DNA from: an uncultured Chloroflexia bacterium
GTDB lineage: Bacteria; Chloroflexota; Dehalococcoidia; DSTF01; JALHUB01
Length of the DNA: 64,000 bases
Direction: 5' to 3'
Assembly (NCBI GenBank): GCA_963703345.1
Contig: OY969814.1
Coordinates: 832,001-896,000 of the forward strand
Part shown: one piece after another, positions 18,559 through 29,790 of the stretch
Position numbering within the stretch: position 1 is the first letter of the stretch
How the letters are laid out: every line of letters starts with the position of its first letter
Program-made: the position numbers and the translations under genes
The notes under the pieces: generated by a model
Told to the model about the DNA's origin: nothing
Seen by the model: the letters and a program-made list of their open reading frames with translations, nothing else
Databases searched by the model: none

Positions 18559-19239
18559 ATGAAAGTCTTACAAAGCATACTTCGTGACATCCAGACGGCC
18601 AGGCGTAAAGACCCGGCGGCGACGAGCAATCTGGAAGTCGTCCTGGCTTACCCCGGCTTCCACGCCCGCCAGTTCCATCGGCTGGCGCACACGCTCTATA
18701 ACCGGCACGTTCCGCTGGCGCCGCGACTCATCTCGCAGGCCGGCCGCTTCCTGACGGGCATCGAGATACACCCGGGCGCCAGGATCGGCGAAGGGCTGTT
18801 CATCGACCACGGCATGGGTACGGTCATCGGCGAGACGACGGAGATCGGCGACGACTGCCATCTCTACCAGGGCGTGACGCTGGGCGGGACCAGCACGAAG
18901 CGGGAGAAGCGGCACCCGACGCTGCGCAACAACGTCGTCGTCGGCGCGGGCGCGGGGCTGATAGGCGCGATAGAGATAGGCGAGAACGCTCGCATCGGCG
19001 CCGGCTCCGTCGTGGTGACCAACGTTCCCGCGAACGCCACCGTCGTCGGCGTCCCGGGACACATCGTGGCCTTCCAGGAGCCCGGCGACGACACCGTGGT
19101 GCACCTTCCCGACCCGGAGTGGGACCGCCTCCAGGCGCTGGAAGAGCGTGTCGACCGCCTGGAGAAACGCCTGCTCTCCACCGACGGGCAATCGCCGGAC
19201 ACAACCGAAATCAGGGCCAGCGAGGAAAGCGAAGCATGA
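18559..19239 (+). CDS. cysE: Serine O-acetyltransferase
   Basis: [32 protein letters not shown], hexapeptide repeats. Confidence 0.95.
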   Translation: MKVLQSILRDIQTARRKDPAATSNLEVVLAYPGFHARQFHRLAHTLYNRHVPLAPRLISQAGRFLTGIEIHPGARIGEGLFIDHGMGTVIGETTEIGDDCHLYQGVTLGGTSTKREKRHPTLRNNVVVGAGAGLIGAIEIGENARIGAGSVVVTNVPANATVVGVPGHIVAFQEPGDDTVVHLPDPEWDRLQALEERVDRLEKRLLSTDGQSPDTTEIRASEESEA

Positions 19240-20597
19240 GGCTGTACAACACGCTGACGGGCCAGGAAGAGGAATTCGCGCCCTCCGACGACACGGTGAA
19301 AATGTATGTCTGCGGTCCCAACCTCTACGCGCCCTGCCACGTGGGGCACGCCATGAGCTACGTCGTCTTCGACGTGCTGCGGCGCTACCTGGAGTGGCGC
19401 GGCTACAAAGTGCGCCACGTCCAGAACTTCACCGACATCGAGGACAAGATCATCGCCCGGGCGCAGGCGACGGGCGTCTCGACGGAGGAGCTGTCGCGGC
19501 AGTACGTCGACCGCTTCTTCGCCGATATGGACCGGCTTCGCATCCAGCGGGCGCACGTCTACCCCCTGGCGACGCATGAGATACCCGGCATGATCGAGAT
19601 GGTCCAGGGACTCATCGCCAGGGGGCACGCCTATCCCGTTGACGGCGACGTCTATTTCCGCGTCCGGAGCGATCCGGAGTACGGCAAGCTTTCCGGCCGC
19701 TCGCTGGACGACCTCCAGGCCGGCGCCCGCATCGAGATCGACGAGCGCAAGGAGCACCCGATGGACTTCGCGCTCTGGAAGGCGTCGAAGGAAGGCGAGC
19801 CGTCCTGGGACAGCCCGTGGGGGCCGGGCCGCCCGGGCTGGCACATCGAGTGCTCCGTCATGTCACTACGCTACCTGGGGAAGCTGGACATCCACGGCGG
19901 CGGCCAGGACCTCATCTTCCCGCATCACGAGAACGAGCTGGCGCAATCGGAGTGCTACACGGGTGTGAAGCCGTTCGTGCGCTTCTGGGTGCACAACGGC
20001 CTGGCCCGCCTGAGCGAAGGCGAGGAGAAGATGACGCGCTCGCTCGGCAATCTCGTCGCCATCAGCGACGCCCTCGACCGGCACGGCGCCGACACGCTCC
20101 GGCTGTTCATCCTTAGCTCCAACTATCGCAGCCCGCTCACCTATGCGGACGAGGCGCTGGCCGCGGCGAGACGCGGCGTCGAGCGGCTGCGGACGGCGGC
20201 GCATGCTGCCTCGCCGGATGGCGGCGAGGCGCTGGACGCGACATCGTTCCGGGAGCGCTTCACCGAGCAGATGGAGAACGACCTCAACACCGCGCAGGCG
20301 GTGGCAGCGCTATTCGACCTGGCGCGCGAGATCAATCGCGCCCGCGACGAGGGGCGGAGCATTCGCGAGGCCCAGTCGACGCTGTTGGAGCTGGCGGGCA
20401 TCTTCGGGCTGGCGCTGGAAGAGGAGGAGACGGCGGTTCCCGCGGCGCCCTTCATCGAGCTGCTAATCGGGACCCGCGAGAAGCTGCGGGAGGCGAAGCA
20501 GTTCGCCCTGGCGGACGAGATTCGCGGCCGTCTGGAGGCGCTGGGCATCGTGCTGGAGGACGGCCGTGAGGGCACCACCTGGAAACGCAAGGATTGA
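19236..20597 (+). CDS. cysS: Cysteinyl-tRNA synthetase (start ATG 19236 overlaps the cysE stop)
   Basis: [54 protein letters not shown] (KMSKS variant). Confidence 0.97.
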   Translation: MRLYNTLTGQEEEFAPSDDTVKMYVCGPNLYAPCHVGHAMSYVVFDVLRRYLEWRGYKVRHVQNFTDIEDKIIARAQATGVSTEELSRQYVDRFFADMDRLRIQRAHVYPLATHEIPGMIEMVQGLIARGHAYPVDGDVYFRVRSDPEYGKLSGRSLDDLQAGARIEIDERKEHPMDFALWKASKEGEPSWDSPWGPGRPGWHIECSVMSLRYLGKLDIHGGGQDLIFPHHENELAQSECYTGVKPFVRFWVHNGLARLSEGEEKMTRSLGNLVAISDALDRHGADTLRLFILSSNYRSPLTYADEALAAARRGVERLRTAAHAASPDGGEALDATSFRERFTEQMENDLNTAQAVAALFDLAREINRARDEGRSIREAQSTLLELAGIFGLALEEEETAVPAAPFIELLIGTREKLREAKQFALADEIRGRLEALGIVLEDGREGTTWKRKD

Positions 20598-20622
20598 CTT
20601 AGGCGGTAGCAATCCCTATACT
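20594..20622 (+). promoter_or_regulatory. Sigma70-type promoter of the tRNA-tuf operon
   Basis: TTGACT-17 nt-TATACT. Confidence 0.7.
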
Positions 20623-20705
20623 TACGTATGCTAAGAGCCCCGATTGTCGGGGGCCTACTTTTGTTACGCCCGAAAGGGATTGGGCCCTTGGGTGGAGCGC
20701 AGCAA

Positions 20706-20781
20706 GCCCGAGTGGCGCAATGGTAGCGCAACCGACTTGTAATCGGTAGGTTGGTGGGTTCGAATCCCCCCTCGGGCTCCA
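20706..20781 (+). tRNA. tRNA-Thr(UGU)
   Basis: GCCCGAG/CTCGGGC acceptor stem, ACCGA-ctTGTaa-TCGGT anticodon arm, GTTCGAAT, encoded CCA. Confidence 0.95.
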
Positions 20782-20794
20782 GCTTTATGCCGAC

Positions 20795-20882
20795 GGAGGG
20801 GTGGGTGAGCGGCTAAAACCGGCGGTCTGTAAAATCGCTGCCTTGACAGGCTACGCAGGTTCGAATCCTGCCCCCTCCACCA
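20795..20882 (+). tRNA. tRNA-Tyr(GUA)
   Basis: GGAGGGG/CCCCTCC acceptor, ctGTAaa loop, long variable arm, GTTCGAAT, CCA. Confidence 0.95.
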
Positions 20883-20976
20883 CTCAAAGGCTCAAACGGA
20901 AACCGAAGAACGAAGCACCGGACCAGGGGAGCGGCAGGGACGCAGGAACGCTGCGCAAGCCGCCGATAGTTCAGGT

Positions 20977-21052
20977 GCCCACATAGCTCAGCAGGTAGAG
21001 CACGTTCTTGGTAAGAACGGGGTCCTCGGTTCGAGTCCGAGTGTGGGCTCCA
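20977..21052 (+). tRNA. tRNA-Thr(GGU)
   Basis: GCCCACA/TGTGGGC acceptor, CGTTC-ttGGTaa-GAACG, TTCGAGT, CCA. Confidence 0.95.
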
Positions 21053-21075
21053 TAATCTAGGAGGAATAAAGCGAC

Positions 21076-22275
<1,200 letters not shown>

Positions 22276-22312
22276 GAGAGGAAGAGGGCGGCAAGCCCGG
22301 GTCAAGAGGTAG

Positions 22313-22477
22313 ATGGCGAAAAAGGAAGAACGAGCAATCATCACCCTGGCGTGCACAGAGTGCCGGGAGCGGAATTACGTAACTGAGAAGAACCGGCGCA
22401 ACGACTCCGAACGTATCGAGCTGCGTAAGTACTGCCCGCGCTGCCGCGTCCATCGCGCGCACCGTGAGGTCAGGTAA
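22313..22477 (+). CDS. rpmG: 50S ribosomal protein L33, Zn-binding type (absent from the ORF track)
   Basis: Manual translation [54 protein letters not shown]; SD GAGGT. Confidence 0.95.
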   Translation: MAKKEERAIITLACTECRERNYVTEKNRRNDSERIELRKYCPRCRVHRAHREVR

Positions 22478-22533
22478 GTGGGTGCTGTCCGGATGCGAGC
22501 GGTACGGGGCGAAGGGCGTGGGAGGCGAAGATC

Positions 22534-22836
22534 ATGAGTCGTGCGCTTAGACGGCATCCTGTCGTTAGCAAACCGTCAAAGAAGGCGCCTCCTCTGCGGG
22601 CGCAGCGGCCACCGAAGGGCGGCGCGCCCACGCGCACTCGTCAGGGCTGGCGTCGCTTCCTCCCCCGTTGGGTCGAGGAGATTGTCAGCGAGCTGCGCAA
22701 GGTCACCTGGCCGACGCGTCGGGAGACCATAAACCTGACGCTGGTCGTCCTCGTCGTGTCGGCGGCCGTCGGCGGTTTGCTGGGCGGAATCGACATCCTC
22801 TTTAACTGGTTCATGAGCAATACGATATTACGCTGA
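22534..22836 (+). CDS. secE: Preprotein translocase SecE
   Basis: ELRKVTWPTR motif, single TM, position before nusG. Confidence 0.93.
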   Translation: MSRALRRHPVVSKPSKKAPPLRAQRPPKGGAPTRTRQGWRRFLPRWVEEIVSELRKVTWPTRRETINLTLVVLVVSAAVGGLLGGIDILFNWFMSNTILR

Positions 22837-22853
22837 CGGGGATAGGTTTTCGC

Positions 22854-23501
22854 GTGCCCAGAAAAAAGAAAGCAACAGCAGTCGTAGACGGCGAGAAGGC
22901 GAAGGGAGCGACGGCGGAGGCCCAGGCCCCCGAGGAGGATATCGCCGCCCCGGTAGAAGGCCGCGCCTGGTACGTCATCCATACCTACTCCGGCTACGAG
23001 AACAAAGTAAAGGCAAACCTGGAGCACCGTATCGACTCCATGGATGCGAAGGAGCTCGTCTTCCAGGTCATCGTACCGACGGAGGACGAGATCGAGATCC
23101 GCGACGGCCAGCGTCGCACAGTCGAGAAGAAGGTGTTCCCCGGCTACGTGCTGGTGAACATGATTGAGCTGCGCGACGACGATCCGGAGTCCAGCCGGGC
23201 CTGGTTTGTCGTGCGGAACACGCCGGGCGTCACCGGATTCGTCGGCTCCGGCGTCAAGCCGACGCCGCTGGAATCGAGCGAGGTGCGCAAGATCGTGCGC
23301 CAGATGCGCTCCGAGGAGCCGCGCGTCAAAGTCGGCTTCACCATCGGCCAGAGCGTGCATGTCATCGACGGTCCGTTCCTGGACTTCGTCGGCCAGGTCG
23401 ACGAGATAAACCTGGAGAAGGGCCGCGTGCGCGTGCTCGTGTCGTTCTTCGGTCGGGAGACGCCGGTGGAGCTCGATTTCCTCCAGGTCGAGAGGCTGTA
23501 G
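22854..23501 (+). CDS. nusG: Transcription factor NusG
   Basis: [45 protein letters not shown]. Confidence 0.97.
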   Translation: MPRKKKATAVVDGEKAKGATAEAQAPEEDIAAPVEGRAWYVIHTYSGYENKVKANLEHRIDSMDAKELVFQVIVPTEDEIEIRDGQRRTVEKKVFPGYVLVNMIELRDDDPESSRAWFVVRNTPGVTGFVGSGVKPTPLESSEVRKIVRQMRSEEPRVKVGFTIGQSVHVIDGPFLDFVGQVDEINLEKGRVRVLVSFFGRETPVELDFLQVERL

Positions 23502-23502
23502 A

Positions 23503-23925
23503 TTGGCAAAGAAGGTCCGCGCAATCGTCAAACTCCAGATCGAGGCCGGGAAAGCGAATCCCGCGCCGCCCGTTGGTCCGGCTTTGGGCCAGCACGGCGT
23601 CAACATCATGGCGTTCTGCAAGGACTATAACGAGAAGACGGCGTCGCAGGCGGGGACAATCGTTCCGGTCGAGATCACGGTCTTTGAGGACCGCTCTTTC
23701 ACCTACGTCCTGAAGACGCCGCCTGTGTCGGAGCTGTTGAAGAAGGCGCTGGGCATCGATAAGGGCAGCGCCACGCAGAAGCGGGAAAAAGTGGGCGAGA
23801 TTTCCCGCGACAAGGTCCGCGAAATCGCCCAGATCAAGCTCCGCGACCTGAACACGACGGACATCGAAGCGGCGATGCGTATGGTCGAAGGAACGGCCCG
23901 CAACATGGGAATAGAGGTCACGTAG
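23503..23925 (+). CDS. rplK: 50S ribosomal protein L11 (TTG start)
   Basis: [26 protein letters not shown]. Confidence 0.97.
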   Translation: MAKKVRAIVKLQIEAGKANPAPPVGPALGQHGVNIMAFCKDYNEKTASQAGTIVPVEITVFEDRSFTYVLKTPPVSELLKKALGIDKGSATQKREKVGEISRDKVREIAQIKLRDLNTTDIEAAMRMVEGTARNMGIEVT

Positions 23926-24641
23926 TGGTAACCAAGGTAGGCAAGAAGCACCGTGAGGCGCTGACGCTGGTAGATCGCGAGACGACATACGCGCCGGCGG
24001 AGGCGATAGCGCTCGCTAAGAAAGCGGCCCACGCCCGTTTCGACGAGACGGTGGAGCTGCACGTTCGCACCGGCCTGGACGTTCGCCACGCCGACCAGCA
24101 ACTGCGCGGCTCCGTCCTGCTGCCGCATGGCCTGGGCAAGACCGTGCGCGTGCTGGTCTTCGCGGAAGGCGAAGCGGGGAAGCTGGCGCAGGAAGCCGGC
24201 GCGGACTTCGTCGGTGGCGACGAACTGATAAAGAAGGTCGAGGGCGGCTGGACGGACTTCGACGTCGCCCTCGCCCAGCGCGAGATGATGGGCAAGGTCG
24301 GGCGCCTTGGTCGCGTCCTCGGCCCGCGCGGCCTGATGCCCAACCCACGCTCCGGCACCGTCGTCGAGGAGCAGGACGTAGCGCGAGCGGTGCGCGATGC
24401 CCGTCAGGGGCGCGTCGAGTACCGGCTGGACCGCAGCGCCATCATCCACGTCCCTCTCGGCAAGATCGGCTTCGAGGAGCAGCAGTTGCTGGAGAACATG
24501 GCCGCGATGGTCGAGACGATCGTCAAGTCGCGGCCGGCGGGCGCCAAGGGCCAGTTCGTCCGCAGCGTCACCCTGACGACGACGATGGGTCCGGGGATCA
24601 GGCTAGAGCTCGGCTCGACGCTCGCTCTCACCACGTCGTAG
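23925..24641 (+). CDS. rplA: 50S ribosomal protein L1 (GTG start)
   Basis: [32 protein letters not shown]. Confidence 0.97.
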   Translation: MVTKVGKKHREALTLVDRETTYAPAEAIALAKKAAHARFDETVELHVRTGLDVRHADQQLRGSVLLPHGLGKTVRVLVFAEGEAGKLAQEAGADFVGGDELIKKVEGGWTDFDVALAQREMMGKVGRLGRVLGPRGLMPNPRSGTVVEEQDVARAVRDARQGRVEYRLDRSAIIHVPLGKIGFEEQQLLENMAAMVETIVKSRPAGAKGQFVRSVTLTTTMGPGIRLELGSTLALTTS

Positions 24642-24647
24642 CATCGC

Positions 24648-24670
24648 GTGGCGCGGACATGTTGTCCGCG
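24648..24670 (+). repeat. GTGG-type REP element, same family as 13972-13994
   Basis: GTGG-CGCGGACA-tgt-TGTCCGCG; stem differs from the other copy only by compensatory pairs. Confidence 0.45.
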
Positions 24671-24694
24671 AAGTCGATCGAATATAGACTAAGC

Positions 24695-24825
24695 AATACG
24701 CCACAGACAGCGGGTCCCCTCCGGCGGAGGGGGTAAATGATTGCCCGCCGAGGCGAGCTCTAACGGTTGGGCGGAAACGTCCGGTCGGTGCGTGGCTCTT
24801 GTCTGTGGCGACAAGGGCCATTTTC
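24695..24825 (+). promoter_or_regulatory. L10 leader (autogenous control RNA of rplJ-rplL)
   Basis: ccACAGACAGCGGG...GGGGTAAA...CCCGCCGAGG resembles the L10-leader core; directly upstream of rplJ. Confidence 0.7.
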
Positions 24826-24843
24826 GTTGCCCGGGAGGGAAAG

Positions 24844-25401
24844 ATGCCGGCACCAAAGAAACTGCGAATCGTCGAAGAGCTGACGGAGCGGCTGACGCGC
24901 GCAACTATCGCTATCGGCGCTGCTTACCAGGGGCTGCGGGTCGCGGAGATGACCGTGCTGCGACGCCAGTTGCGGACCAGAGGCGTCGAGGTGAGGGTCA
25001 CGAAGAACACGTTGCTTCGCCTCGCGGCCACCGCGGCCGAGAAGCCGGAGATAGGCGACCTCGGCGAGGGCCCGACTGCCGTGATCATCGGCTACGGCGA
25101 CGCCGTCGAGGTGGCGAAGGCTGTGACGGAGTACGTGCAATCGGCGAAGAACGCTTTCTCGCCGCGTCGCGCCTTCGTCGAAGGCCGCTTGCTCTCGGCG
25201 CGGGAGATCGTCGAGCTTTCGACGCTGCCGCCGCGGCCCGTGCTTGCCGGCCAGATCGCTGGGGCGCTACGGTCGCCCGTATGGCGGCTGGCGCAGCTAC
25301 TGTCGGGCGCGCTCGTCCAGCCGACGACTCAGCTCCTCAACTCCCGTCTCGTCCAGTTCCAGGGCCTCCTCGATGCTCGCGCGCAGCAGTTGGAGGCCTG
25401 A
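24844..25401 (+). CDS. rplJ: 50S ribosomal protein L10 (start ATG 24844)
   Basis: YQGL.V..MT.LR..LR, V.KNTLLRLA, GPTA; SD GGAGG. Confidence 0.95.
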   Translation: MPAPKKLRIVEELTERLTRATIAIGAAYQGLRVAEMTVLRRQLRTRGVEVRVTKNTLLRLAATAAEKPEIGDLGEGPTAVIIGYGDAVEVAKAVTEYVQSAKNAFSPRRAFVEGRLLSAREIVELSTLPPRPVLAGQIAGALRSPVWRLAQLLSGALVQPTTQLLNSRLVQFQGLLDARAQQLEA

Positions 25402-25449
25402 TCACCCTTATTCCATTCCTAACGGTAATCGCTTCGAAAGGAGATTCAG

Positions 25450-25872
25450 ATGCCAGCAGCAAAGACAGCCAAGAAGGACGGCGACCGCGTCGACCAGGCG
25501 TTCGACCTGATCAAGGAAATGACCATCCTTGAGCTGCGCGACCTGAACAAGCGCATTGAGGAGGAGTTCGGTGTCGTTGCCGCCGCGCCGGTCGCCATGG
25601 CGATGGCTCCGGCCGCCGGACCGGCCCCCGCCGCCGCGCCGGCCGAGGAAGTGGAGGAGCAGACCGAGTTCACGGTCGTCCTCAAGGACATGGGCGCGAA
25701 CAAGATCAACGTCATCAAGGCGGTCCGCGAAGTGACAACGCTTGGCCTCAAGGAGGCGAAGGACCTCGTCGAGAGCGCGCCGACGAACGTCAAAGAGGGC
25801 GTGAGCAAGGAAGAGGCGGAGGTCGCGGTCAACAAGCTGAAGGATGCCGGCGCCACCGTCGAGCTAAAGTAG
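25450..25872 (+). CDS. rplL: 50S ribosomal protein L7/L12
   Basis: EEEFGV, Ala-rich hinge, [21 protein letters not shown]. Confidence 0.97.
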   Translation: MPAAKTAKKDGDRVDQAFDLIKEMTILELRDLNKRIEEEFGVVAAAPVAMAMAPAAGPAPAAAPAEEVEEQTEFTVVLKDMGANKINVIKAVREVTTLGLKEAKDLVESAPTNVKEGVSKEEAEVAVNKLKDAGATVELK

Positions 25873-25943
25873 TCATTTTTCTCCAGCGAAAATAGCGCAG
25901 GCGTCTGGCGGAAGAGCCGGAAAACTGCTATATTTCCCGTTGC

Positions 25944-26441
25944 ATGAGGTGCTTTGACTGCGACAAGGATGCGACGCACGAATGCCGTCGTTGCGGCAGG
26001 CTCTACTGCGATGAGCACGGCGATGAGTTGTGCGCGCAGTGCCTCAAGCCCACCGGCGCTTTGCCCTCCTTCCTGCTCTATCGCGGCACGCTGTTGGCGC
26101 TCCTCCTGGGAACCGTGGTCGCCCTCTGGCTGCTCCTGAAGCCGCCGCAAGAGGCAAGCCAGTCCACCTTCAACATCGTCCAGCCGACGGCGACGGCCGC
26201 CGTCCGCACGCCGACGAGCGAGGCCACCCTGACGCCGAACGCCTCGCCGACGGTGACGCCTACAGTCGGCGCAATCGCTTATACGGTACAGCCCGGCGAC
26301 ACGCTCATCGACATCGCGAGCCGCTACCTGCCGCCCGGCATGGGCCTAAACGACTTCATGTGGCAGATAGCCACCCACAACGGCCTCGACCCGGCGAACG
26401 CAATTCTTCAGCCTGGACAGATACTGAACCTTCCCCAGTAG
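25944..26441 (+). CDS. Zn-finger / TM / Thr-Pro linker / LysM protein
   Basis: CxxC..CxxC..CxxH..CxxC N-terminus, one hydrophobic helix, YTVQPGDTL..IA...N.L....LQPGQILNLP. Confidence 0.8.
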   Translation: MRCFDCDKDATHECRRCGRLYCDEHGDELCAQCLKPTGALPSFLLYRGTLLALLLGTVVALWLLLKPPQEASQSTFNIVQPTATAAVRTPTSEATLTPNASPTVTPTVGAIAYTVQPGDTLIDIASRYLPPGMGLNDFMWQIATHNGLDPANAILQPGQILNLPQ

Positions 26442-26453
26442 GCAGGGGATCTC

Positions 26454-26897
26454 TTGAAAGAGGAGATTTCGCTCGCCCGACGCCGCCTCGTCCGGGATGC
26501 GATAATCTACACGCCGATCTTCGTCGCCGTTCTCGTCGCCTGGGCCGTCGCGCTGGCTGGCGTCATCCGGCAGGGCGGTGGTGGTGGCGTCTTCCTCCTT
26601 GTGCTGCTGACGCTCGTGGCGCTGCTCGTCGGCTTCCAGAGCCTGCAGTCGCTGCGGGACCTGCGTTCGACGCTGGTGACCAGCGAGGGCGAGGTGCGGC
26701 GAAAATGGCGTCGCGCTGAGTTCCTGCTCTTCCCCGCTTACTACCTCTACCTGAACCGCAACGTCTTCAGAATCACGCCGCTTACGTACCATCAGGTGCA
26801 GCCGGGCGATTTCGTCGCCGTGCTGCACTACCCGCACACGTCTACCGTCGTTTCGGTGACCCGATTGCGGCGGAGCGAAACGAGACCAGGAGGGTAG
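26454..26897 (+). CDS. Hypothetical membrane protein (2 TM plus small beta-rich domain)
   Basis: Two hydrophobic segments; tightly packed between the LysM gene and radC. Confidence 0.7.
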   Translation: MKEEISLARRRLVRDAIIYTPIFVAVLVAWAVALAGVIRQGGGGGVFLLVLLTLVALLVGFQSLQSLRDLRSTLVTSEGEVRRKWRRAEFLLFPAYYLYLNRNVFRITPLTYHQVQPGDFVAVLHYPHTSTVVSVTRLRRSETRPGG

Positions 26898-26898
26898 G

Positions 26899-27642
26899 AT
26901 GGAGCAACAGGAGCCATTTTCGGCAGCGGGGGTGCCCCGCAAAGCGGAATACTACACTCTCATCCGGGACCTGCCGTCGTCGGAGCGGCCCCGCGAGCGC
27001 CTGCGCGACTTCGGGGCCAGCGCGCTCTCCAACGCGGAGCTCCTGGCGATAATCCTGCGCACCGGCGCCCACAAGGAGAGCGTGCTGACGATGTCCTCGC
27101 GGCTGCTGTCATCTTACCGCGGGCTAGTCGGACTGGCGCAGGTGAGCTTCGGCGAGCTGTGCAACGAGCACGGCCTCGGCGAGGCAAAGGCGGCGCAACT
27201 GAAGGCGGCGCTGGAGCTGGGCAGGCGCCTCTCCTCGACGCAGCCGGAAGAGCGCGCGGTCGTGCGCTCGCCGGAAGACATAGCCAACCTGCTGCTCAGC
27301 GAGATGGGTCTCCTGGAGCAGGAGCACCTGCGCGTCGTGCTGCTCAACCAGCGCAACCAGGTGCTCGGCGTGCCGGAGGTGTACCGCGGCAGCGTCAACA
27401 CGTCGCTCATCCGGATAGCGGAGGTCTTCCGCGAGGCGATCCGCCAGAACTGTCCGGCCGTTGTCCTCGTCCACAATCATCCCTCCGGCGACCCGACGCC
27501 TTCCGCCGACGACATCGCGATGACGAAGCAGGCCGTCGAGGCGGGCAAGCTGCTGGACATCGAGGTGCTCGACCACGTGGTCATCGGCCAGGGCCGCTAC
27601 CTCAGCCTCAAAGAGCAGGGTCTGGGCTTCGGTCCGGCGTAG
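26899..27642 (+). CDS. radC: RadC/UPF0758 JAB-domain protein
   Basis: [40 protein letters not shown]. Confidence 0.95.
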   Translation: MEQQEPFSAAGVPRKAEYYTLIRDLPSSERPRERLRDFGASALSNAELLAIILRTGAHKESVLTMSSRLLSSYRGLVGLAQVSFGELCNEHGLGEAKAAQLKAALELGRRLSSTQPEERAVVRSPEDIANLLLSEMGLLEQEHLRVVLLNQRNQVLGVPEVYRGSVNTSLIRIAEVFREAIRQNCPAVVLVHNHPSGDPTPSADDIAMTKQAVEAGKLLDIEVLDHVVIGQGRYLSLKEQGLGFGPA

Positions 27643-27679
27643 CGCATCGCGCAGCGGGCCCTTTCAATGGGCGTTCAAA

Positions 27680-27709
27680 TTGACGGGCCCAGCGGTTTCG
27701 CGGGATAAT
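27680..27709 (+). promoter_or_regulatory. Promoter candidate for the lipoprotein gene
   Basis: TTGACG-18 nt-GATAAT. Confidence 0.45.
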
Positions 27710-27752
27710 GCGATCAGGATTGCTGTATGGCCTGCACACAAGGAGGTGTCTG

Positions 27753-28316
27753 GTGAAGAGGTCATGGATTTGCCTGTTGATAGTGCTGGCAATCGTTGCC
27801 AGCGGTGCCCTGGTCGCGTGCGGCGGTAGCAGCAAGGCCTCGCCGACGGCAACCGCGAAGCAGGGGCAAACGGCATCGACGCCGTCGACCAATGCGACGA
27901 GCACGCCGGCGTCGACGAAGGCGACAAATACACCCGCGTCGAATGGCAACAGCGGCTCCAGCGGCGGCTCCCTGAGCGACGTGCCGGTCTACCCCGGGGC
28001 CACGAAGATCAGCGGTGGCCAGTATTCCGGCTCCGCGGGATCAATACCGGCTATCGGCTCCAACTTAAACGCGGCAGACTACACGAACTTCGCTTACGCG
28101 ATTTACGAGACAGATGACAGTCCGCAGCAGGTCTTCGACTGGTACAAGAACAACATGAGCGGCTGGACAGACGAAGGATCGTTCAGCGGCGGCGCCGGGG
28201 GGAACACCGCCGCCTTCGCGGCCTGGTCGAAGGACAACGGCAAGGTGGCCGCCTGGATGACCGTCGGGTCAAGCGACAGCAAGACTTCGCTCAGCATCTG
28301 GTCCGGCTCTCAATAG
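27753..28316 (+). CDS. Lipoprotein of unknown function with Ser/Thr-rich linker (GTG start)
   Basis: SD AGGAGGT; LVAC lipobox; DVPVYPGA...YETDDS...V.DWYK motif. Confidence 0.75.
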   Translation: MKRSWICLLIVLAIVASGALVACGGSSKASPTATAKQGQTASTPSTNATSTPASTKATNTPASNGNSGSSGGSLSDVPVYPGATKISGGQYSGSAGSIPAIGSNLNAADYTNFAYAIYETDDSPQQVFDWYKNNMSGWTDEGSFSGGAGGNTAAFAAWSKDNGKVAAWMTVGSSDSKTSLSIWSGSQ

Positions 28317-28415
28317 CGTCGCCCCAAGCTTGGGCTTTGGTTGGCCATCCGCGCGGGCAGCGCTCCTTCGGGAATGCGTTGCCCGCTCCCATTGAGAAGC
28401 CCCTATCGCGGACGG

Positions 28416-28463
28416 CGCTATCTCAGCCTCAAGGAGCAGGGGCTAGGGTTCGCGCCGCCATAG
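28416..28463 (+). repeat. Displaced copy of the last 48 bp of radC (direct repeat of 27595-27642)
   Basis: [15 protein letters not shown] vs [15 protein letters not shown]; 39/48 nt identical. Confidence 0.85.
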
Positions 28464-28578
28464 ACACCCACGGCGGTAAGACCGCTGCCTGGATCATTCT
28501 GGCTGATAACGACGGGACGACTTCGCTCGCCCTGTGGGCCGCCACGCAATAGGTCATGCCGACCAGCCGTCGCCCGCG

Positions 28579-29772
28579 CTACCGTTCCGTCGCGCCCTTC
28601 TCGAGTTGAGCGAGCGCTTCCGACTCGACGATGCGGTAAACCTCCCCCAGCGGCATCCCGCCCGCCAGCGCCAGGCGTCGGCACGCTTCGTACTCCGGCG
28701 ACACCTGCGGCCTGCGTCCCGGCAGACGCTTCACCTTAACCGCCGCCGGCCCCAGGCTGGACTCGAACTCGAACGTCTCGCGCTGCGCCTCGTGACGGCG
28801 CACCTCCTGCACGCGCACGCCCAGCGTCGAAGTCTCCTCCAGCAGGACGCGCGTCAGGCCTTCCTCCCGCTCGACCCCGCATAGCAGCGACAGCTTGACG
28901 GCCGGGCGGTTCTTCTTCATCTGGATGGGCGTGAACCACACGTCCGCCGCGCCCGCCGCAAACAGGCGCTCCAGCACGAAGCCCAGCAGCTCGGCGCTCA
29001 TGTCGTCGATGTTCGTCTCGATGAGGAGCACGGCGCCGCTTGCTTCCGGCAGCGCCTCGCCGAGCCAGAGGCGTAGGACGTTGGGGCGATCCGCGGTGTC
29101 GCGGCTGCCTGCGCCATACCCGACCGCCTCAAGCGCCATCGCCGGTCGCTGGAAGCTCGCGAGCGTTGTGACGATGGCCGCGCCCGTCGGCGTCACGAGC
29201 TCCCCCGGCTCGTCGGCGTCCGAGATGGGCGCGTTCGCCGCGGCGAGAAGCTCCAGCGTCGCCGGAGCGGGAAGCGGCAGCGTGCCATGGGCGCCCTGGA
29301 CCTCGCCCCGTCCGGCCGGAAGGCGGGAGGCGAAAAGCCGTTCGACGCCCAGCAGGCGCAGGCCGGCCACCGCTCCCACGATATCGATAAGCGTGTCGAG
29401 AGAGCCCAGCTCGTGCAGGACGACGGAGTCGATTTCGACGCCGTGGACGCGCGCCTCGGCTTCGGCGAGACGGCGGAAGACGGCCGACGCCTTCTCCTTG
29501 TCGGCCGGCGGCAGGCTGCTAGCCTCTATGGCGCCGAGCGCGTCGCGGAGTCGAGGAAGGGACGGCGCGTCCGCCGCGAGTTCGACCGTGACCTTCGTCG
29601 CGGCAAGGTCGTTGCGCTGCGTCCGTTCGGCCGTCAGCCGGTAGCCGGAAACCTTCACCTTCGTCAGCTCCGCCTGCAACGTCGCGAGCGGCAGCCCGGC
29701 GTCGACAAGAGCGCCGAGAAGCATATCGCCGCTGATGCCGGAGAAACAGTCGAGATAGGCGATGCGCGTCAG
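28579..29772 (-). CDS. larC: Nickel-pincer cofactor nickel insertase LarC (probable CTG start)
   Basis: TRIAYLDCFSGISGDMLLGAL, AEARVHG, HELGSLD, HGTLPLPAPATLEL, ELVTPTGAA, ETNIDD, MKKNRP, TSTLGVR, PEYE. Confidence 0.9.
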   Translation of the reverse strand: MTRIAYLDCFSGISGDMLLGALVDAGLPLATLQAELTKVKVSGYRLTAERTQRNDLAATKVTVELAADAPSLPRLRDALGAIEASSLPPADKEKASAVFRRLAEAEARVHGVEIDSVVLHELGSLDTLIDIVGAVAGLRLLGVERLFASRLPAGRGEVQGAHGTLPLPAPATLELLAAANAPISDADEPGELVTPTGAAIVTTLASFQRPAMALEAVGYGAGSRDTADRPNVLRLWLGEALPEASGAVLLIETNIDDMSAELLGFVLERLFAAGAADVWFTPIQMKKNRPAVKLSLLCGVEREEGLTRVLLEETSTLGVRVQEVRRHEAQRETFEFESSLGPAAVKVKRLPGRRPQVSPEYEACRRLALAGGMPLGEVYRIVESEALAQLEKGATER

Positions 29773-29790
29773 CTTCGGGCTCCTTCGCGC

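Noticed and set aside
18000-20050. IspF GYSDAD (usually GHSD) and CysS KMTRS (usually KMSKS)
   Set aside because: Metal ligands and the other motifs are intact; likely tolerated variants
20883-20976. tRNA-Gly expected between tRNA-Tyr and tRNA-Thr
   Set aside because: No cloverleaf or TTCG T-loop in the spacer
22478-22533. tRNA-Trp often found between rpmG and secE
   Set aside because: The spacer is only 56 nt and has no tRNA features
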